From positions 1 through 38,557 of the forward strand of contig CAZTXC010000002.1 in the NCBI GenBank assembly GCA_964617855.1: a DNA stretch of 38,557 nucleotides, given 5' to 3'. Of the stretch, positions 34,619-38,557 are shown piece by piece. Made by a program: the position numbers and the translations under genes. The notes beneath the pieces are model-generated. The model saw nothing but the letters and a program-made list of their open reading frames with translations. It ran no database searches and had not been told where the DNA came from. Numbering within the stretch: position 1 is the stretch's first letter; every line of letters starts with the position of its first letter. This DNA is from an uncultured Candidatus Saccharibacteria bacterium. GTDB lineage: Bacteria > Patescibacteriota > Saccharimonadia > Saccharimonadales > CAZNVG01.

Positions 34619-35109
34619 TTCTTTTGGCGTATGGCCTGGTGTTTATTGTCCTGTGTTTTGGGCTTGTGGTTTTTTTCGGAGCTCCGTATCTACCGACGTT
34701 GGACGTGCAGGCTGAGGCGGCTCTGGACATGCTGGATTTGAAGCCTGGACAGCATGTAATTGATCTCGGTTCAGGGGACGGCACAATGCTTATTCGAGCA
34801 GCGCGACGTGGTGTGTACGCGACTGGCTACGAACTAAACCCGATACTGTACGCAATCAGTTGGCTCAGAACATATCCGTATAGAAAGTTGGTGACCGTGC
34901 ATTGTCAAAATTATTGGCTCAAGCAGTGGCCGACCGCAGATGGCATCTTTGTGTTTTTGCACACAAACTTTATGCAGCGTCTCGATAAAAAACTGAATCA
35001 GTATGCCAAAAAAACGCCCATCCGGGTAGTAAGTTTCACATTCCAAATACCTGGCAAAAAGATCACTAAGCGTGATGGTGGGCTGTTCTTGTACGACTAC
35101 GGACGTTAG
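34615..35109 (+). CDS. Membrane-anchored class I SAM-dependent methyltransferase (FAM173/ATPSc-KMT-like)
   Basis: N-terminal TM helix, then GAPYLPT...VIDLGSGDGTMLIRAARRG..ATGYELNP. This matches, from memory, the TM plus seven-beta-strand layout of FAM173 lysine methyltransferases. ATGA overlap with xseB. Confidence 0.55.
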   Translation: MILLAYGLVFIVLCFGLVVFFGAPYLPTLDVQAEAALDMLDLKPGQHVIDLGSGDGTMLIRAARRGVYATGYELNPILYAISWLRTYPYRKLVTVHCQNYWLKQWPTADGIFVFLHTNFMQRLDKKLNQYAKKTPIRVVSFTFQIPGKKITKRDGGLFLYDYGR

Positions 35110-35113
35110 AAGA

Positions 35114-35142
35114 TTGCCAATTTTCTTGGGGCAGGGTACTAT
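35114..35142 (+). promoter_or_regulatory. Putative promoter TTGCCA, 17 nt, TACTAT
   Basis: -35 at 35114-35119, 17-nt spacer, -10 at 35137-35142, 11 nt before ATG 35154. Confidence 0.4.
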
Positions 35143-35153
35143 ACATTCAAGTT

Positions 35154-35804
35154 ATGCGTAAGCTTAATCAGACCGGCGAAGTTAATGGATTATTGATTTC
35201 CACAATTGTGTTATCAGTATTGTTTGTGGCTGTCTCGACGTTTTTAGTTATGACGTATGGTAAGTACGCTGACGCACGAGACAATGTTGATGCAAAGGTG
35301 GCAGCCGCTGTTAAGACGGCTACAGACAGTCAGAAGGCGCAACTAGATAAAGAATTCTTCGAAAAAGAAAAAGAGCCACTTACTTTCTACGAGGCAGCTG
35401 CGAAGTACGGCAGCATTAAAGTGTTGTATCCCAAAACATGGAGTGCGTACGTAGCGGAGATCGATGGACAAACACCGATAGATGGCTACTTCCATCCAAA
35501 ATTTGTCCCGGCACCGCAGCTCAAGATTAAATATGCATTGCGCCTTCAGTTATTAGACCAGCAGTATGCTACGCACTTACGCACCTATAACGAGAAGCTA
35601 GTCCGTGGCACCCTCAAGGCCGAGCCTATTACTATAAACACTATCGTTGGTACTAAAATCAGCGGTAAGCTGACTGAGGATACTACAGGTATTGTGGTGG
35701 CATTACCGCTACGCGATAAAACGCTCAAAATTTGGACAGAGTCACCCGACTACTTTGGTGATTTTAACGATACAGTTCTTAAAAACCTGACCTTCACGCC
35801 ATAG
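35154..35804 (+). CDS. Membrane-anchored hypothetical protein
   Basis: 216 aa with one N-terminal TM helix (LLISTIVLSVLFVAVSTFLVM) and a soluble, probably extracytoplasmic, domain with no recognisable motif. Confidence 0.5.
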   Translation: MRKLNQTGEVNGLLISTIVLSVLFVAVSTFLVMTYGKYADARDNVDAKVAAAVKTATDSQKAQLDKEFFEKEKEPLTFYEAAAKYGSIKVLYPKTWSAYVAEIDGQTPIDGYFHPKFVPAPQLKIKYALRLQLLDQQYATHLRTYNEKLVRGTLKAEPITINTIVGTKISGKLTEDTTGIVVALPLRDKTLKIWTESPDYFGDFNDTVLKNLTFTP

Positions 35805-35819
35805 CCTAGCGATTGCGAG

Positions 35820-35828
35820 TGCTACAAT
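35820..35828 (+). promoter_or_regulatory. Extended -10 TGcTACAAT upstream of the kinase-like gene
   Basis: TGc then TACAAT (35823-35828). The leader carries AAGGAGGG (35839-35846) 5 nt before GTG 35852. Confidence 0.4.
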
Positions 35829-35851
35829 AGCATGCAGTAAGGAGGGTAGCC

Positions 35852-36565
35852 GTGGCGGTGCCACAGGTGAGGGTGCAACAACAGTTACAGTTACTGGCAG
35901 CCGAATTTTCGGCACCTTTGCAGTACCTAAGTTCTGCTACGGAGTTTCTGCAAGCCTATGCCGATGAGCTGCCGAGTGTTGTGGTCCAGCACATTGCCGA
36001 GATGCAACTAACAAGCCGGCGACTGCTCAAGCTAACGGATTTAGTGTTGCTGCATGAGCGGGTTATGGGTGGACAAACGGAGTTGCTGACCGAACCAGTT
36101 AATGTGGCGGCATTGGCCCAGGAGTCCTTTAGTACAAGCCTGGCTCTGCATGACCAGCAAAACTTCCAGGAACCAGTTATTGTTACGAGTTATGCGTGGC
36201 CAGCTCAGTGTGATCGACGGGTTTTGCGAGCTGTGTTGGAGGCATTAAGTGACGTACTGGTTATGACCAGCCACCAACCGAGCAGGGTGGCTGCTCGGTT
36301 GGTGAGGCGGTCCGATGAGGTGCACCTTGAGCTCACCGATGATGGACCAATAGTTTCTCGCCGAGAGCTAAAGGCTCCAGCGATATTTGGTGGCCAGAGT
36401 CAGCCATTTAGTGAGTTCACCGCACACCAGGCACTCAGCGTAACCATTGTTAAGGATTTATTGCAGGCGATGCGCGGCAGTGTCAGCATGGCCCGAACTG
36501 AGGCTGGGAGACGACATACGGTGGTGCGTTTGCCTATGACACATCAATTAGGATTGCCAGTATGA
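35852..36565 (+). CDS. Soluble histidine-kinase-like protein with degenerate catalytic motifs (pseudokinase)
   Basis: DHp/HATPase_c-like order. The H-box reads LLAAEFSAPLQYL, with Ala where SHELRTPL has His. The N-box reads LEALSDVL (no Asn), G1 is reduced to TDDGPI, G2 is absent (TAHQALSVTIVK), and the end is the typical ...HTVVRLPM. No TM or sensor domain. Confidence 0.6.
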   Translation: MAVPQVRVQQQLQLLAAEFSAPLQYLSSATEFLQAYADELPSVVVQHIAEMQLTSRRLLKLTDLVLLHERVMGGQTELLTEPVNVAALAQESFSTSLALHDQQNFQEPVIVTSYAWPAQCDRRVLRAVLEALSDVLVMTSHQPSRVAARLVRRSDEVHLELTDDGPIVSRRELKAPAIFGGQSQPFSEFTAHQALSVTIVKDLLQAMRGSVSMARTEAGRRHTVVRLPMTHQLGLPV

Positions 36566-36942
36566 AGCAGGTAGTGCTAGTCGAGCCAGATCGTCAGTTC
36601 GCTCATTTGGTGAAGTCGGCTCTACAGAAGGAAGGGTACGGAGTTGCGGTTACCCAGGGGGCTCAAGATACCATCGATTGGTTAGACCGTCCGAACGCCA
36701 GTTGTGACGCCCTCATTCTAGAACTGGCTCTTGGAGCTCACAGTGGGGTTGAGGTGCTGCATGAGCTTCGATCCCACGCTGATTGGATTGGTATACCAGT
36801 GATCGTGCACTCACGGGTACCCAGGCCATCACGAGTCGGGGATGCCGTACTGCAGCAACAATATGGTATAGCGGGCTTCATTCAAAAAGGTGGTGGCTCG
36901 TTGGGTCTGTTGCAGCGTGAACTAGCCCGTGTATTGCTATGA
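36562..36942 (+). CDS. Receiver-domain-like protein with a non-canonical active site (Glu at the phospho-acceptor position)
   Basis: VVLVEPDR (canonical DD replaced by EP), ALILELAL (Asp replaced by Glu), VIVHSR, and FIQKG (Lys kept). ATGA overlaps with both the kinase-like gene and recO. Confidence 0.6.
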   Translation: MKQVVLVEPDRQFAHLVKSALQKEGYGVAVTQGAQDTIDWLDRPNASCDALILELALGAHSGVEVLHELRSHADWIGIPVIVHSRVPRPSRVGDAVLQQQYGIAGFIQKGGGSLGLLQRELARVLL

Positions 36943-37610
36943 AGCAATTCACGACTCGGGGTATTGTACTTAAGCGTCTGAATTACCAAGAAGCAGATAG
37001 GCTTGTTACGGTACTTACGGCTGACCACGGTAAGCTAACACTAATGGCTAAAGGCGTCCGAAAGATAAAGAGCAAATTAGCTGGTGGCATAGAATTATTG
37101 ACCGTCAATGAGATGGTGATCATAGAGGGCAAGGGTGATATATATACGTTGCGTAGTGCCAGAATGCAGCGCAACTTTGCACACCTCAGCAGCGATTACG
37201 GTCGGATGCAGCTTGGCTTCCAACTACTCAAGCTCGTGCAGCACATCACTGAGTCGCAGCTTGAGCCAGCGTATTTTGAAATGGTTGAGTTAACCTTGGC
37301 TAACCTTGATGATCCCACGGTTCAGCCGATAGTCACGCAGTTATGGTACTTATTGAACTTCTTGCGACTTCAGGGCAGGCAGCCGAATTTTACGAGTGAT
37401 GTTGAAGGCGGAAAACTGATGCCTAACGAAACATACAGCTATCTGCCGGACGAAGGTAGTTTGCGTAAAGGGGGGCTTTTGGGGGCTGATCACATTAAGT
37501 TAGCGAGGCTATGCCTGCAGTTGCTGCCGAAGCAACTTATGCAGATAAAGAATGTTGATCTGCTTGCGCTTGACTGGCTTAAGCAACTGAGGATGTTTGA
37601 CCCCGTTTGA
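36939..37610 (+). CDS. recO: DNA repair protein RecO
   Basis: MKQFTTRGIVLKRLNYQEADRLVTVLTADHGKLTLMAKGVRK is the typical RecO OB-fold N-terminus. 223 aa. Confidence 0.88.
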   Translation: MKQFTTRGIVLKRLNYQEADRLVTVLTADHGKLTLMAKGVRKIKSKLAGGIELLTVNEMVIIEGKGDIYTLRSARMQRNFAHLSSDYGRMQLGFQLLKLVQHITESQLEPAYFEMVELTLANLDDPTVQPIVTQLWYLLNFLRLQGRQPNFTSDVEGGKLMPNETYSYLPDEGSLRKGGLLGADHIKLARLCLQLLPKQLMQIKNVDLLALDWLKQLRMFDPV

Positions 37611-37649
37611 TAAAATAAGCCGGATGAGCTGGAGCGTGCTTCAAAGGTT

Positions 37650-37985
37650 ATGACAAAGCCGATTGCCGAGATGAGCCGAGCAGAACTTGAGCATGATTTG
37701 GCATATGAGCACCGCTTGATCCGGGTTGGAAAACGACTCGCCGTCTATGGTCTCTTGCTGGTCGGCGTTGGGGCTACGTTGGATCTAGCCTCAGACACAG
37801 TCGGGTCGCTGACTGATGATCCAGGTGAGGCTGCCGAAATTGTGGATGGCATAGGGCTAGCGCTGATCGCAATGGGTGCCAGCGCCCAGCTACCGGCAGC
37901 AGTATTCTATTTTGGGTCACGACCTCGCATTGAGCGGCTTGAACAACAACGTGCTGCTGCGCCAGAAGACACATCCCAAGATTAG
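37650..37985 (+). CDS. Small two-TM membrane protein, unknown function
   Basis: 111 aa with hydrophobic segments LAVYGLLLVGVGATL and GIGLALIAMGASAQLPAAVFYF. No motif recognised. Confidence 0.45.
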   Translation: MTKPIAEMSRAELEHDLAYEHRLIRVGKRLAVYGLLLVGVGATLDLASDTVGSLTDDPGEAAEIVDGIGLALIAMGASAQLPAAVFYFGSRPRIERLEQQRAAAPEDTSQD

Positions 37986-37999
37986 CCGCCTGAAACCTC

Positions 38000-38008
38000 T
38001 GCTATAAT
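38000..38008 (+). promoter_or_regulatory. Extended -10 TGcTATAAT, 8 nt upstream of the glyQS ATG
   Basis: TGc at 38000-38002, TATAAT at 38003-38008, ATG at 38017. No SD. Confidence 0.4.
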
Positions 38009-38016
38009 TGCATGAT

Positions 38017-38557
38017 ATGAGTAGCGTGCAATTAGAAGATATCGTTAGCCTAGCGAAACGCCGGGGTTTTATTTACCAGGGCTCCGAGATATATGGCGGT
38101 TTGGCGGGTACTTGGGACTACGGCCCGCTCGGTGTCCAACTTAAACGCAATATTGTCGATGCATGGTGGAACTGCTTTGTGGAATCACGTGATGATGTGT
38201 ATGGCATTGATGCAGCGATTTTAATGAATCAAAAAGTCTGGCAGGCAAGCGGTCATGTGGATGGATTTAACGACCCGCTCGTTGAAGATGTAAAGACGAA
38301 AAAACGGTACCGTGCTGACAACTTACTAGAGGAGTTGGGTGTTGAGGGCGTGGCTGCTATGTCGGTTGAGCAAATGGACGCAGTCATTACAGAAAAGGGT
38401 ATTACCAGTCCTGACGGCAATCCGCTTAGCAAGATTCGACAGTTCAACATGATGTTCAAGACTGCTGTTGGCGCGACAGAAGATGAAAATAGCATTAGCT
38501 ATCTGCGCCCCGAAACTGCTCAGGGTATGTTTGTGAACTTCAAGCGTCTGTTGGAGT
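38017..38557 (+). CDS. glyQS: Glycine--tRNA ligase, dimeric (alpha2) type, 5' partial (runs off the window)
   Basis: My own translation: MSSVQLEDIVSLAKRRGFIYQGSEIYGGLAGTWDYGPLGVQLKRNIVDAWW...YLRPETAQGMFVNF, the canonical GlyQS N-terminus. Absent from the ORF track because there is no stop inside the window. Confidence 0.9.
   Translation, partial: MSSVQLEDIVSLAKRRGFIYQGSEIYGGLAGTWDYGPLGVQLKRNIVDAWWNCFVESRDDVYGIDAAILMNQKVWQASGHVDGFNDPLVEDVKTKKRYRADNLLEELGVEGVAAMSVEQMDAVITEKGITSPDGNPLSKIRQFNMMFKTAVGATEDENSISYLRPETAQGMFVNFKRLLE

Noticed and set aside
35154-35804. Type IV pilin or pseudopilin, suggested by the short charged N-terminus plus a hydrophobic helix
   Set aside because: The prepilin peptidase site G/(F,M)xxxE is absent. 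The sequence reads TG-EVNGLLIS, with no Phe/Met at +1 and no Glu at +5, so I treat it only as a generic membrane-anchored protein.
38253-38495. 80-aa minus-strand ORF near the window end
   Set aside because: It lies antisense within the clearly identifiable glyQS coding region, which the ORF track misses because it has no stop inside the window.
1-38557. Alternative genetic code (TGA read as an amino acid, as in some candidate phyla)
   Set aside because: TGA terminates many well-defined genes at the expected protein length (rseP, mreD, lysS, serS, hpf, ftsE, xseB, recO). An RF2 gene with the SPF motif is also present. This is standard code 11.

Overview
Dense housekeeping stretch of a small, compact bacterial genome, almost all on the + strand. 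It uses genetic code 11: TGA, TAA and TAG all act as stops, and RF2 is present. I call 40 protein genes: rpsB-tsf-frr, rseP plus a CPBP protease, proB-proS, mreB-like/mreC/mreD/PBP2, greA, class-I lysS, an alpha/beta hydrolase, serS-hpf, secA, an M16 peptidase, murD plus a MurL-like PP-loop gene, prfB, ftsE-ftsX plus a coiled-coil CHAP hydrolase plus an S41 protease, pyrG, a CheY-like regulator, several orphans, rpmA and a Trm11-like methyltransferase on the minus strand, xseA-xseB, recO, and the 5' part of glyQS. Many genes overlap by 1-14 nt, which suggests translational coupling. The gene content includes a short EF-Ts, class-I LysRS, archaeal-type ProRS, no pyrH between tsf and frr, and a Gram-positive-style FtsEX/CHAP module. 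This fits a reduced lineage such as Saccharibacteria/Patescibacteria, but that placement is inference only. I see no rRNA, tRNA, CRISPR, transposase, integrase or phage genes, and no clear accessory or defence island. Six things stand out. (1) A catalytically degenerate histidine-kinase-like/receiver-like gene pair is translationally coupled to recO. (2) A promoter, a 14-codon Pro-Pro leader ORF and the only strong intrinsic terminator in the window sit immediately upstream of proB-proS. (3) A recurrent '-10 hexamer, 6-9 nt, start codon' geometry implies widespread leaderless mRNAs. (4) A canonical orphan response regulator, a small membrane protein and a 596-aa orphan protein sit together, the orphan preceded by a 26-nt perfect palindrome that overlaps a TTGACA box. 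(5) The MreB homologue has lost conserved nucleotide-hydrolysis residues. (6) The murD/PP-loop (MurL-like) pair suggests the L-Glu epimerase route to peptidoglycan. All functional calls come from motif recognition by eye; no searches were run.
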